Assembly: GCF_006345805.1 (NCBI RefSeq)
Contig: NC_043013.1
Coordinates: forward strand, 52,948,001 to 53,012,000
DNA from: Octopus sinensis
Taxonomy: Eukaryota
Reading direction: 5' to 3'
DNA: 64,000 bases
Shown: piece by piece, positions 40,795 to 54,052 of the stretch
Layout of the letters: the number at the start of each line of letters is the position of its first letter
Position numbering within the stretch: position 1 is the stretch's first letter
The notes under the pieces: model-generated
Databases searched by the model: none
What the model was told of the DNA's origin: nothing
The model's input: the letters and a program-made list of their open reading frames with translations, nothing else
Translations under genes and position numbers: made by a program

Positions 40795-41590
40795 ACGTAC
40801 ATCCCCTTTTCTTTCCATATTTCTTCGGCTTCACCTTTCCTCTTGTATTCAGATTTTTCTTTGCAATATCCAATTCTTATCCAATTCGACGTTTTACTCT
40901 TTTACCAGCAATGGTTCCAAAGCCTTCTTTATGTTCCAAGCTACCCCGTTCTCTTCTTCTCTTACTCATATTTCACAATTAACGAGTCGTCTCCCTTTCT
41001 TTCTTGAGTTAAATAATTTGTGAACATTCGTCTTCCGGGGAAAGGACCCGTCTATTGTAAGTAAATTCTTTCCTTAGCTCTCCAGACATTACAATGCGTC
41101 GACTGTTCACTCAACCAAACTGGCATCACATCTTAACAGAGATACACTGCTCAAGTATTAAACACCTCATATTTATTTCTATCATTCTACTTTGATTATA
41201 GAATCAATCTCTCTCCTAAAGTATTCTTCTGTAAACGTAATTTTCATTTCCTCTTGCATCAATTTATTCATTTCTAAAATTCCCAGATATTTGCGGCTTT
41301 TATCATCAATTTGCTTCATGATCTCTCCTAAACATATTATTATTCTGCCTCAGTGTTTAATCTTGAGAAGGAGCTCGTCGCTAAATTCCATTCAGATGAC
41401 CAAACTAAAGCCATGCACTTTGTCCACAAACGAACTAATTTCGGATTCATCATTTCCGTATACTTTCAGATCATCCATGAATAGTAGATGATTGACCCTA
41501 TCCTGTTGCTCCTTAAACTTATACCTTGCTTTAGTGCTTCTCAAAATCATAGCCAGAGACACCATACACAATACACTGTACAGAAATTTT
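40795..41590 (-). mobile_element. R4/Dong-clade RT/thumb fragment (segment E)
   Basis: Minus peptides VLCMVSLAMILR, VNHLLFMDDLKVY, KYLGILE, EEYFRR, VREEENGVAW, ending at an MYGQF-like codon run at the GAT/TAA repeat. Confidence 0.85.
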
Positions 41591-41599
41591 ACAGGGACA

Positions 41600-42330
41600 C
41601 AGAAGCCGAAACGTATTTGGAGAAGAGAAAGCAGAGTCTTTAATTTGCGCAGTAAAAGTGGAAGCCCAGTGGACAAATTATACTAAACACATCTGACAGA
41701 AAAATATGATTAAGAAAAATATGATTAAAAATAGGAGAATGTGTGTCGCATATCAGCAGCCGATGCACGAAGCTGATACAGAGGGAATACAAGCGATGCC
41801 ATGATAATATGGTTCATTGAGTGTTATGTGGAAAATATGGTCATGAAAGAGCAAACCTGTTGTATGAGCACAAAATAAGAGGTGAAGTAGAGAATGACTT
41901 CACCAACATTTTATGGAAATTTATAGTACAATGTGACCGTGAAATTCAACACCGCAAACCTGGTATTATGGTGAGGAACAATGTCAACAAACAGTGTTTA
42001 ATTCTAGATGTGGCTTGTCCAGCTCATAATAAAGTTTCTGACAAATAATTGAAGAAGTCTGAGAGATATGGATTAGCAGCATGAGAGATAAGAGATTTGT
42101 AGGCCATGGAAAAGGTTGCGGTGGTCCAAGTTGTTGTCGAGGTGCTTGGTACTTTGGGCACCAGAAATGAAACAACTTAGGAAAAAGTTCCGGGTGGGAA
42201 CTTAGAAACAAAAACACAAAACAATATTCCTTGGAACCGCTAGAATACATAGAAAAATGCTTGAAATTAAACGTGCCAACTCATTTCACATTACATCGCC
42301 TAAATCAAATGCTGTGCGAAAAGTAGAATA
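41600..42330 (+). mobile_element. R4/Dong-clade zinc-knuckle/RLE 3' fragment (segment F)
   Basis: KAESLICAV..TNYTKH, SHISSRC..QREYKRCHDN, NILWKFIVQCDREIQHRKPGI, LDVACP, LGTARI; short AATAATAA tail ~42327. Confidence 0.85.
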
Positions 42331-42334
42331 ATAA

Positions 42335-42468
42335 CGGGTTTCAAATTTTGGCACAAGGCGAGCATGTTCGGGGTTATAAATTAAGTACCAGTGGAGTACT
42401 GGTGTCGATGTGATCGACTAGTCCCATCCCCGAAATTTCACGCCTTGTGCTTATAGTAGAAAATATTT
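42335..42468. mobile_element. SINE S3 tail-type-B fragments in both orientations
   Basis: TTTCAAATTTTGGCACAAGGC followed by ATAAATTAAGTACCAG..GCCTTGTGCTTATAGTAGAAA. Confidence 0.65.
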
Positions 42469-42473
42469 TTTAT

Positions 42474-42510
<37 letters not shown>

Positions 42511-42534
42511 GCTATTACTACTACTATTATTATT

Positions 42535-43095
42535 GCCTTTGCACATCTTCTAACGCTGGAGATATACTACGGTGTCAGCTGTTCACTACCAGTGAACTGA
42601 GGTAACGCCTCTTATTTTTCTAGCACTTTCCAGAATATTCGAGCGGTTCCAAACAGTGCAGTTTTCTACAAGTGCTCCACCCTTATTGCAACCCCTATTT
42701 GTTCAACGTGCTTCCCGACATTTTTACTCACTGATCCCAGGGCTCCGACAATTATTGGTACTACTGCTACCTTTTTTCATCGACCACAACTGCTTAACTT
42801 CCCAAGCTAACCTGTCATATCTCTCGACTTTCCTTTCTTCCTTACCGCATATCTTGTTTTCAGCTGAGCATGCTATGTCTATGATCCAGCATAGTTTGTT
42901 TTCTTTCTCAGCTAAGACTATGTCTGGCTTCCTATTCTCTATCACATGGTCGCACTGAATCATAAAATCCCATAGAATCTTTGCATTTCTATTTTGGATG
43001 ACGCCTTCAGGTTTGTGGTCGTACCGATTTTTTGCTCTGTCAAGTCCACACTTGTTGCAAAGTGTCCAGTGGACAAGCCTGGCTATATTGTCGTG
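42535..43095 (-). mobile_element. R4/Dong-clade RLE 3' fragment (copy G)
   Basis: HDNIARLVHWTLC, KILWDFMIQCD, RKPDIV, IDIAC, KEERKVERY, EHL*KTALFGTARI; (AAT/TAG)n tail at 42470-42535, (ATT)n at the 5' end. Confidence 0.92.
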
Positions 43096-43168
<73 letters not shown>

Positions 43169-43330
43169 GTTGTTGTTGTTGTTGTTGCTGTTGCTATTGG
43201 TGGTGGCGGTGGTGGCATCATCATCATCATCATCATCATCATCATTATCATCCTCATCCTCATCATTATCATAAATACTAGAAGTAGTACTGATAGTAGC
43301 AGTAGCAGCAGCAGTGACAGTAGTAGCAGT
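43096..43330. repeat. Compound trinucleotide tract (ATT)-(TGT)-(GGT)-(CAT)-(AGT/AGC)
   Basis: Direct reading. Confidence 0.9.
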
Positions 43331-45503
43331 ACAACTTGTAATAGTAGTGGTATAAGTATCGTAATTTTTTTTCTGTCAGTTAAGCATTAATTACAACTTA
43401 ACCATTATTGCGAAGCAATCTCATATCGCTTGAGCCTCTCAAGAGGAAAGGATAATGGAAGAGTGCATCATTAATATCTTTCGAATTGGGTATGTAATTA
43501 GCGCTGACTAAACAATTATCTAACAAAATAAATACATGCATTATGCATTAAAGACGCTAATTAACCGTAAATTTAATGAAGCTAACCCTAGAACTAATCG
43601 TCAGTATCCGAAAGCCAGCCAAACGTTTCTTCTTCGTTTATATAATATTAAATGGATGAGAAGTAAATATTAACTGGATAGTACGCTAGTCTCTCGAAGT
43701 TTATAATACCAACTGCATAAACTGAATTTATTCACACTAGACGATGAGATAAACGTGAAAACCATAACGCCTTAACACGAATGGTCGTTTGAGGGAAGCT
43801 TTGTTGACAAAATTAGGAATGTAAACCCTGGCTAAGATTGGTTGAATTGTTAGAACATCGGACGAATTGTTTTGCGATTCGTTTCGATTTTTTTTTTAGT
43901 TCGAGGGATTCAAATTCCACAGTAGTGTTACTTGTCCCCACCCAGGGTCAATAAAAAACGTACCTTTTACATACTGCGTTTAATGATATTAATTAACCAA
44001 CTTTGTTCAGTGTCAAGATTTATGTCAAAGCTGGAAACAATCGCATAATAAAGACATGTTCTGTTTTACAGTCTTATGAGAACTACGGTTAAATCAGTTA
44101 TTTTTACCCCTAAGAGGAACCCGAGAACATCTCGATCAGTTTCGGATGGTTACTGCAAACTAATCACGTTCTCTCTTGGCTTCCAATATTTTCTTTGAAA
44201 GTTTTCGAATTCACTATTTCAAGGTAAATGCAAAGTTTGACACTGGCTGGAAAAGCCATGTATGTATGTATGCATGTAATACGGGGGTGCTGTAAATCTA
44301 AACCGAAAAGTAAAAAAAATTATTAAACATTAAATAACCTCGTGTCTTTTGGCCTACTCTGTATATGCATGTGCGTATATGTAAATATAAATCTATGTTC
44401 ATAGTATTGAACATTATTTTGAAGCAAAGATGCATATACTTTCTGAAACATACTAAAATTATGAATACAAGGGAACCGATGATGTCTGAATTGTGATGAT
44501 CTGATTATTTTCGGTCTTTCTCGATATTTATCGAACTTTAATTAAAATTTTGGTATCATCTCTGGAATGGGAATTTTAGAAAATAATCTACGTTTATATC
44601 TGTAATGTTCTTGCCAAGAGAATGACTGAATCTAAAGCCTTATATATATTATGCGTTTTCCAATCACAGCATGGTACAAACATATTAACCTTTCGAGTAC
44701 AGATAACTCCACTAAAGCTTCTTTTTTTCGGTGGGCGGGGATTCAATATTTTCATTGCGATTCTACTGTAAATAGAAGTTTTACATAATTTAATAAAGAT
44801 AGGAACAGGTTGTAGGAAGATTATTAAAATAATAACGCAAGGGACCCGTTATAGTTTAAAGAGAAATAAAATCAAGGGTTTGAGATGTATATTTGTATAT
44901 ATGCTTATTACATCTGCCGTTGGCCATGTTGAAGTTACAGGGCTGTAGTAAAACCGAAGCTGCAGCATAAAACTCTTGCAAGCTTACAAGTAGTGACATT
45001 GATCACGGAGTCACGTGTTTACAAAACGGAACTCTTAACCATAAAATTATAATCCTTGTATTTGCGTCTATATTCATGCATTTGAATGTGCGCCAGCTTT
45101 AATAGCTTAACACATACACTCACATATAATTTGCCTTATCCTAAGAGCTTTCAACTAGTGTCAAATAAACTGCTCCAAATCGTTGTTAGAGTATCCGCAT
45201 AAGTGAAAAGAAGACCGGATAGTTTGCAAGCGGATCGAACAGTATAAGTTATAAGAATGAATTAAAAGCACATAGTAATATTTTGAAATCATGTGATACG
45301 TCGGTTGCTGGTTTGCGTAATATATAATAGAAAATGCATGCACTACGTAAACTGTAAACCTTCATCAGTTAACGCATAACAGGGGAAGGTTTACGCAATG
45401 AAAGCCTCTCCTCTTATATATTATGCAAACCCGAAGCGTACGTATTGAATGACTTCAAACTATTGCTATCTTGTTTGACTTCATTATTACAGCGATATAC
45501 GTA

Positions 45504-46698
45504 TTAGGTCGTCAGTATGAAATTTTTAGTAAGGTACATGGTAAACTTTGACAGCTGCTCATTTTCGCCATTATTATATTTTGAGAATCTTTATTTTTAG
45601 TTAAAAAGCAGATACATTCATTTCTTTATTCTAACTCATTTTGAGCTTTATAAAATATTTATAAGTCGTTTTTTGCTATTTTTGTTTAGAGATGGATAAG
45701 TAGGAAATTCGTACAGTTTTGAAATATGAGTTCTTTCTTGGAAATACAGCAAACCCACACAGCTCAGAATATTAATGAAGTATTTCATTCTAATGTTATT
45801 ACACAGCAGACAGTATCAAATTGGTTGGCAATATTTCGTTCTGTAACTTTCGCTTCACAGATGAGCAACGCGGTCGACCAGAAACAGCATGAAAACAATA
45901 TTGACTCACCTAGTTCAAATCAGTAAAGTGAAAAAGTTGGATAAGTGGTTTCCACATGAACTCAATGAAAATCAGAAACAGCAACTTTTGGAAGCCTGCA
46001 TTATGCTACTTTCTCGTCACAAAAGTGAATCATTTTTTAATCAAATTGTAACATGTAATAATAAATGGATCCAATACAACAACCGCACACGTTCTGCACA
46101 ATGGTTGAGCAAAGACGAGCCACCAAAGCACAGTCCAAAAGCAAAATTCGTCAAAAGAATCTGATGGTGTGTGTTTGGTGGTCTAGCGCTGTTGTGATCC
46201 ATTATGATTTCATTAAACCTGGCTCATCAATCACGGCCGAAGTATACTGCAGCCAACTGGACCAAATGATGCAGACACATAGGAAAAAAACCCAGCTTAG
46301 ATTAGTCAACAGATCCACTTCTATTTTATTGCAAGACAATGCCAGACCATACATCACAAAAGTGACATTGGCGAAACTACAGCAGTTGGAGTTGGAGTTG
46401 GAAGTTCTCAATCATCCATCATACTCACCCGATCTTGCCCCCACTGGCTACCACTTTGGATAACTTTTTGATGGGAAAAATTTTAATTCCGACGATACTG
46501 TAAAAGAGGCCTTCTAAGATTTTATTGACTTTAGATTGCTAGGATTTTACAGTTCCCGGCTGGACAAGCTTCCGTTGAAATGGGCAAAAGTGTATTGACA
46601 ATATGGGTGCATACTTTGATGAATAAAACTATTCCTTGTATTTATAAAACATTTATAAAATTTTTTCCTTTCTAAAAATTTCATACTTGATGACCTAA
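45504..46698 (+). mobile_element. Mariner (cecropia/Hsmar1-like), ~1195 bp, degenerate transposase
   Basis: TIRs TTAGGTCGTCAGTATGAAATTTTTAG / CTAAAAATTTCATACTTGATGACCTAA with TA at 45502-03 and 46699-700; KLDKWFPHEL, RSAQWL, VWWS, QDNARPY, HPSYSPDLAPTGY; many frameshifts. Confidence 0.92.
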
Positions 46699-46749
46699 TA
46701 TCTATGTTTTGTATTTTTGTACGTATATATGTGTATATATATATATATA

Positions 46750-47172
46750 GGCGCAGGAGTGGCTGTGTGGTAAGTAGCTTGTTTACCAACCACATGGTTC
46801 CGGGTTCAGACCCACTGCGTGGCACCTTGGGCAAGTGTCTTCTACTATAGCCTCGGGCCGACCAAAGCCTTGTAAGTGGATTTGGTAGACGGAAACTGAA
46901 AGAAGCCCGTCGTATATATGTATATATATATGCGTGTGTGTGTTTGTGTGTCTGTGTTTGTCCCCCTAGCATTGCTTGACAACCGATGCTGGTGTATTTA
47001 TGTCCCCGTTACTTAGCGGTTCGGCATAAGAGACCGATAGAATAAGTACTGGGCTTACAAAAGAATAAGTCTCGGGGTCGAGTTGCTCGATTAAAGGCGG
47101 TGCTCCAGCATGGTCGTAGTCAAATGACTGAAACAAGTATAAGAGTAAAAGAGTAAAAGAGTAAAAAGAGTA
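46750..47172 (+). mobile_element. SINE S2 full-length reference copy
   Basis: tRNA-like head (TGGCTGTGTGG, GGTTCAGACCC), CORE-like CACCTTGGGCAAGTGTCTT, internal (TA)(TG) tract ~46910-46960, tail (AAAAGAGT)n. Confidence 0.92.
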
Positions 47173-47302
47173 TATACATATGTATAAATTTCTATGTGTA
47201 TATATACATATGTATACATTTCTATGCGTGTATACATATATATATATATATATAAGTATATATAAGTATAAATGTATATATATATATATGTATAAGTATG
47301 AA

Positions 47303-47345
<43 letters not shown>

Positions 47346-48469
47346 TATAATATATATATATATATAGATAGATAGATAGATAGATAGATATATAATATAT
47401 ATATATGTATAAATATAGATAGATAGATAGAGACATACATCCAATTATATATATGTGTGTGTGTGTATGTGTGTGTGTAAATATATTTCGTATGAATGTA
47501 TGAATAATATACATTCATATATACATTTATAAGCAAGCGTGCATTTAATGTATGTATCTGCGGGTACAGATATATAGAATTAGGTATAAATGCATCTATA
47601 AGCATTTTAGAAAGTTATTTCTATAAATGATTTCCCTGGTTCTATCTAAAAGCAATTTCAAATGCGTTACAAACAAACTGCACCAGAAGAAATAAACATC
47701 CACATGATAATATTCTTCTTTTATACTCTCAGTGTATCGTTTCGTAAGATTGTCTACGAAACAATGTCTCAGAATTATATATGACATAGATGATTCATCT
47801 AGAACCTAGTAAACAATACAAGACCTGAGGCATTGAGAAACGCATTTAATGGTATTATTTAATACATGGTTTTAATATATGTTGCGTGTGAGTGAATGTG
47901 TGCGGTCGGTTTGGGATGTACTTGGTTATAATGGTTAATATGCGTAAATACAGATTGTTTCGTTATTTGTCTGTTTGTGTATGTATCTAACTCCTTATAT
48001 GTATATGTATATATTTATATGCGTGTGTATGTATGTATGCATCTATGTGTGTGTATATATATATGTAATACATACACACAAACACATACATATATGTATC
48101 CTATTCTTCGCCTTATTCATCATACATCGGCAATCTGCCCACGTTACACTACAACTATTTATATACTGTATGATTTAAAATTGCTTAACCCCATAACTTA
48201 TTCTATCAACGAACAGAAATGTTCTATGAATCTCTATAATGCGATTAAATACACCAAAACACAAGCGAAAACCAATAAAAGATGTAAACAAAGCGTAAAC
48301 AGAACCAAAAAGTTACATAACAGCTGAAGAAAATCTAATTTCAGTGAAGCAGGAAATTTCTTTCATTAACTTCTGAAAAGATATCGACTTTATTTCGAAA
48401 ATATTGAAGTGTTTCAAACCTCGCTATGGCTAAAATAACATTGTAAAGATATTTCTCATATATTTTCGA

Positions 48470-48680
48470 TATCCAGAAAAAAAAGAGAACAAACACAAAA
48501 GTAAAAAACAGCAAAGCCCGGACATGGAACATGTAAAGTATTAGCAGAGGCTCAAGGAAGCAAAGAAAGGTGCTTTTACGTTTCGAGCTAAGCTCTTCTT
48601 CGGAAACAGGAAACAGGGGAAAGTCCAATACAAAAGGAAGACGGAGAAAAAAAAATAATCGCCAACGATTCAAATGTGGG
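48470..48680 (-). mobile_element. Family P2 pLTR-like element with minimal HHR
   Basis: Aligns with 18400-18570; contains the motif at 48571-48610. Confidence 0.65.
48571..48610 (-). ncRNA. Minimal type I hammerhead-like motif, U4C variant
   Basis: TGTTT-CCGAAGA-A-GAGC tta GCTC-GAAA-CG-TA-AAAGC; 3-bp stem I, palindromic ACGT. Confidence 0.5.
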
Positions 48681-48702
48681 TACATATATATATATGTCCT
48701 TT

Positions 48703-48905
48703 TCTATTCTCGGTACAAGGCCCAACATTTGGGGGGAGGGGGCCATTCGATTAGATCGACCACAGTACGCAGCTGGTACTAAATATATCGACTCGGAAAG
48801 GATCAAAGGCAGAGTCGACCTCGGCGTAATTTGAACTCAGAACGTAAGAAATACCCCTAGTCATTTTGGCCAGAGTGCTAGCGTTTCTGCCAGCTCACCG
48901 CCTTA
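48703..48905 (-). mobile_element. SINE S3, tail type B
   Basis: CTTTCTATTCTCGGTACAAGGCCC..AAAGGCAGAGTCGACCTCGGC..GAACTCAGAACG..CTGCCAGCTCACCGCC. Confidence 0.85.
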
Positions 48906-49734
48906 ATGCATATGTATATATCCGTGCCATTAAAACAAACAACACAATTTATGATCGTAAGCCAAACGCGACAATTATTAAGCCACGCGAAAACCAGAAT
49001 TACTACTGGAAAAGAAGAATTGGTAATGCGAAATAAACTGAAATTAAATAATATAGTACACCATGAATTTCTGTCACTGGGAAACATTTCTGAATCTCAA
49101 ACAATCTGCATTTAAAATTATTTACAGTAACTTACCGGATTTGATTCGCTCCTGAAACCTTCCTGACAGAAACCACCATTAATTTGATTCCGCATGTTTT
49201 CCTTTAACTCTAGATGGGTTTGAAAAAATAAGTTAGTTCCTGATGGAATAAGCAAAAACACAAATTGCAAGTGAGATATGACAAGAGCCTCAAATGCAGC
49301 AATAATAATGATGATGACAATGATGATGAGGATGATGATAGTAATAATAATCGAATCGATTAAACGCGTGGAAACAACACGGATGTTTGAAACACTTGAA
49401 TATGAGATCGATTACTTTGAAATACAATTTGATTGTTTAATAATTCCTGATACACACGAGACTGAATGTACAGAGATAAGGACTTAGCTGATTTGAAGTG
49501 AAAGGAGACAATTTAAAATAATGAGATTAGAAAAATATTCTGCATATTTGTACTGCAGGTAGCAAAAATCAGAAAGATTTTTAAATTTCGAATTCGCAAT
49601 TTTATGATTGAAATTAAAGGTAAAAAAATTATATTAAAATTTTACGTCGCAAAATGTTCTACAGGAAAATTTTGAAAAATAGCTACATAGGAAATACAGT
49701 GTTTCGATTTTAGCTTCAATTATACATATATACC

Positions 49735-49845
<111 letters not shown>

Positions 49846-49858
49846 TATATATATATAA

Positions 49859-49914
<56 letters not shown>

Positions 49915-49917
<3 letters not shown>

Positions 49918-50264
49918 GCGGTGTGGTAAGTAGCTTGCTAACCAACCACATGGTTCCGGGTTCAGTCCCACTGCGTGGCATCTTGGGTAAGTGTCTTCTG
50001 CTATAGCCTCCGGCCGGCCAATACCTTGTGAGTGGATTTGGTAAACGGAAACTGAAAGAAGCCTGTCGTATATATGTATATATATATGTGTGTGTGTGTG
50101 TATTTGTGTGTCTGTGTTTGTCCCCCTAGCATTGCTTGACAACCGATGCTGGTGTGTTTGCGTCCCCGTCACTTTGAATAAGTACTGGGCTTACAAAGAA
50201 TAAGTCCTGGGGTCGATTTGACTCCAGCATGGCCGCAGTCAAAATGACTGAAACAAGTAAAAGA

Positions 50265-50267
<3 letters not shown>
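49915..50267 (+). mobile_element. SINE S2 with internal deletions
   Basis: Collinear with 46750-47172. Confidence 0.9.
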
Positions 50268-50311
<44 letters not shown>

Positions 50312-50312
<1 letters not shown>

Positions 50313-51048
50313 CGCGCCAACACGTAGCAGTTCATTGTTGTGTGCGCAGTGAGAGCTAGTAATGGCCTACCTAAGGCCCTGCGCTGAATTACATTGCTGT
50401 GCTTCCTGCACAAGTTGTGAAATTAGTAATATTGTGATCACGTGTATGCTGTCGTCTGCGATTTTGCCAGGGACAGCAAGTTGGTAGAAAGAACCAACGT
50501 GAACTTTGGCGTTAAGCTGGGACGTCCACTACAGAGACATTGGGCATGCTTTGAAAAATATTCAGCGACAAGGCAACAGGTCATGCGTAGTGTTTTGAGT
50601 GCCCACGGACACTTCAAAAGCGGGAGAAAGTCCTCGGAAGACGTTGAGCGATCAAGAAAACCTGCAGAAATGTGAAAATTCGTGAACCTGTGCGGGCAGA
50701 TCGTCAGTGGACAATCAACAACATTGCTGATAATGTTCGTTTGTAGTATGGGTCCATGCAGGAAATCTCGACGTATGAATAGAATAGCGGCGTGTCTCTG
50801 CCCTGTTTGTCACGCGCTCGCTGACCACTGAGCAGAAAGGACATCGCGTCAGAGTGTCAAGATCTCCGTCAGCGTGCCGCTGATGATCCTACTTCATGCC
50901 GAGGATCATCACGAGTAAGAAGAGTTATATCTACAGGCACGACCCTGAGATGAAGCAGGAGTCGTCACAATGGAAGAAGCCTTCATCCCCACGGCCAAAA
51001 GAAGGCACGGCAGAGCCACAGCTCAATCAAGAGCATGCTCATCGTTTA
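50312..51048 (+). mobile_element. Degenerate mariner transposase 5' fragment (third lineage)
   Basis: ERTNVNFGVKLG, KSSEDVERSRKP, RRVSALFVTRSLT, DPEMKQESSQWKKPSSPRPK, SSIKSMLIV; truncated at a (TA)n; no TIR pair seen. Confidence 0.8.
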
Positions 51049-51166
51049 TATATATGTGTATTTATATATATATATATACAGAGAGAGAGATTTATAATAA
51101 GATATTTTTCCATATACATACATACACACACACATACACCCCCCACACACACACATATATATATAA

Positions 51167-51580
51167 GCGTAGGAGTGGCTGTGGGGCAAGTAGCTTGCTT
51201 AACGACGCCGTGACTCCGGATTCAGTCCCACTGCGTGACACCTTGCGCAAGTATCTTCTACTATAGCCTCGGGCCGACCAAAGCCTTGTGAGTGGATTTA
51301 CCTGACGAAAACTGAAAGAAGCCAGTCGTATATATGTATATGTATATATATATGAATGTGTATATGTTTATATGTCTGTGTTTGTCCCCTCAACATCACT
51401 TGACCACAGATGCTGGTGTGTTTACGTTCCCGTAAATTAGCGGTTCGGCAAAAGAAGCGGATAGAATAAGTACTAGGCTTACAAAGAATAAGTTCTGGGG
51501 TCGATTTGCTCGATTAAAGGCGGTGCTCAAGCATGGACACAGTCAGATGACTGAAACAAGTAAAAGAGTAAAAGAGAGTA
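51167..51580 (+). mobile_element. SINE S2 full copy
   Basis: Collinear with 46750-47172. Confidence 0.9.
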
Positions 51581-51589
51581 TATAAATAT

Positions 51590-51601
51590 ATATAGACAGA
51601 C

Positions 51602-51669
<68 letters not shown>

Positions 51670-51670
51670 G

Positions 51671-51741
<71 letters not shown>

Positions 51742-51841
51742 ACAGGCAGGCAGATAGATAGATAGATAGATATGTTTCTTTATTAGCCACACAGGGCTGC
51801 ACACAGATAGAACAAATTACAAGGTAGAGCTTTTCTTTTGA

Positions 51842-51877
<36 letters not shown>

Positions 51878-52100
51878 GAAGGGGGATTTTCGATCAAAAG
51901 GGATCGTAAAAGGAGAGAAAGAGGACAAAAAAAGGGGGGGTTAAAAAAAAAAAAAAAAAAAAAAAGGGGAGGGAAAAAAAATTGATCAATAGGGATCGTT
52001 ATCACAGAAATGTCAATATGAAGCGTAAAGGGGAGGACAGGTGAGGTTTACCCGTGGAAAGAAAAGCCTACGGAAAAGACCACGGTAACCTCGGTCAATG

Positions 52101-52158
<58 letters not shown>

Positions 52159-52168
52159 ACAGGCAGGC

Positions 52169-52214
<46 letters not shown>

Positions 52215-52215
52215 G

Positions 52216-52262
<47 letters not shown>

Positions 52263-52285
52263 ACAGGCAGGCAGATAGATAGATG

Positions 52286-52354
<69 letters not shown>

Positions 52355-52383
52355 CCAGGCATACAGACAGACAGACAGATATA

Positions 52384-52471
<88 letters not shown>

Positions 52472-52700
52472 CAGATGAAGAAAGCGAGAGGGAAAGACAG
52501 AAGAAGATAGGTAGATATTTATATGCATGTATATTAAAACGTATATATATATACGTCCAAGTCGACACAGGCACTCACAGACACAAACATACATACACAC
52601 ACGCGCGCGCGTGCGCAGAGGCACGCACAAAATTATATATAAATATATATGTACATACAAATAGATAGATAGATAGATAGATAGATAGATGAATTGTTTG
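51590..52700. repeat. Long compound (GATA)n region
   Basis: Direct reading; variant AAACAGGCAGGCAG occurs at ~51740, ~52158 and ~52261. Confidence 0.95.
51773..52101 (-). mobile_element. Retroposon 3' end inserted in (TATC)n
   Basis: Minus strand is pyrimidine/T-rich and ends GTGTGGCTAATAAAGAAACA, followed directly by (TATC)n; both flanks are the same microsatellite. Confidence 0.55.
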
Positions 52701-53087
52701 AGAGAGAGAGGAAGAGAGACACACACGCAAGCACAATTATATTTACACACATTGAAAAATGCAAATATATATCTGCATATATATATATAGTATATATATT
52801 ATATCAATATACGCCCGATGAAAACGTTTCAATTGCCATTCATATATTTCAATTGAATCTTTTATGGTGGAATTTATTGAAAATTAGTTTTGAAAATAAA
52901 TTTTTGTAAGATCCAAAAGTTAAACGAAATCAGGCATTTGACAAAGATTTACTGCATCTTCAATACGGCATTTTTCAATATCATTCGATATTAAAGGACC
53001 TTAGTAATTGAAAATGTAAATTTTGCGAATTCAAAAATTACGGTTTGCAAAGGAAGGTGACAATAATAGAAACAAATACTCATGATC

Positions 53088-53137
<50 letters not shown>

Positions 53138-53229
53138 TATTTATTACTGTTATTATTATTCATAATATAATAATGATAAAAATAGTATTACTCAACCTGA
53201 TGAAAATTCCAACCGGGTCACACTTGAAA

Positions 53230-53471
<242 letters not shown>

Positions 53472-53515
53472 AAGAAGAAGAAGAGAAGAAGAAGAGAAGA
53501 AGAAGAAGAAGAAGA

Positions 53516-54052
53516 AAGTGATAAGTGCAGAATCTGTGGAAAAAACGGTGAAACTGTATGGCATATTACTAGCTAATGTACGCCACTAGCCCAGAAGGAA
53601 TATAAGAGACGCCACGACAATATAGCCAGGTTTGTCCACTGGACACTTTGCAAAAAGTATGGACTTGACAGAGCAAAAAATTGGTACGACCACAAATCTG
53701 AAGGCAACATCTAAAATAGAGATACGAAGATCCTATGGGATTTTATGATACAGTGCTACCATGAGATTGAGAATAGGAAGCCGGACATAGTCTTAGCTGA
53801 GAAAGAAAGCAAACTATGCTGGATCATAGATATAGCATGCCCCGCGGACAGCAAGATATACGGTAAGGAAGAAAGAAAAGTCGTGAGATATTATAGGTTA
53901 GCTTGGGAAGTTAAGCAGTTGTGGTCGATGAAAAAGGTAGCAATAGTAACAATAATTGTCGAAGTGAACAAAAATCTCGAGAAGTACGTGGAACAAATAG
54001 GGGCTGCAATAAAGGTGGAGCACTTGTAGAAAACAGCACTGCTCGGAACAGC
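53516..54052 (+). mobile_element. R4/Dong-clade RLE 3' fragment (copy H, same family as G)
   Basis: DKCRICGKNGETVWHITS, RRHDNIAR, KILWDFMIQC, RKPDIV, EHL*KTALLGTA; preceded by (AAT)n-(AAG)n. Confidence 0.92.

Noticed and set aside
43380-45480. Possible host exons in unique stretches (also 8280-9300, 57480-58250, 62180-62900)
   Set aside because: No long ORFs, recognisable domains or convincing splice-bounded frames; small exons cannot be excluded without transcript data.
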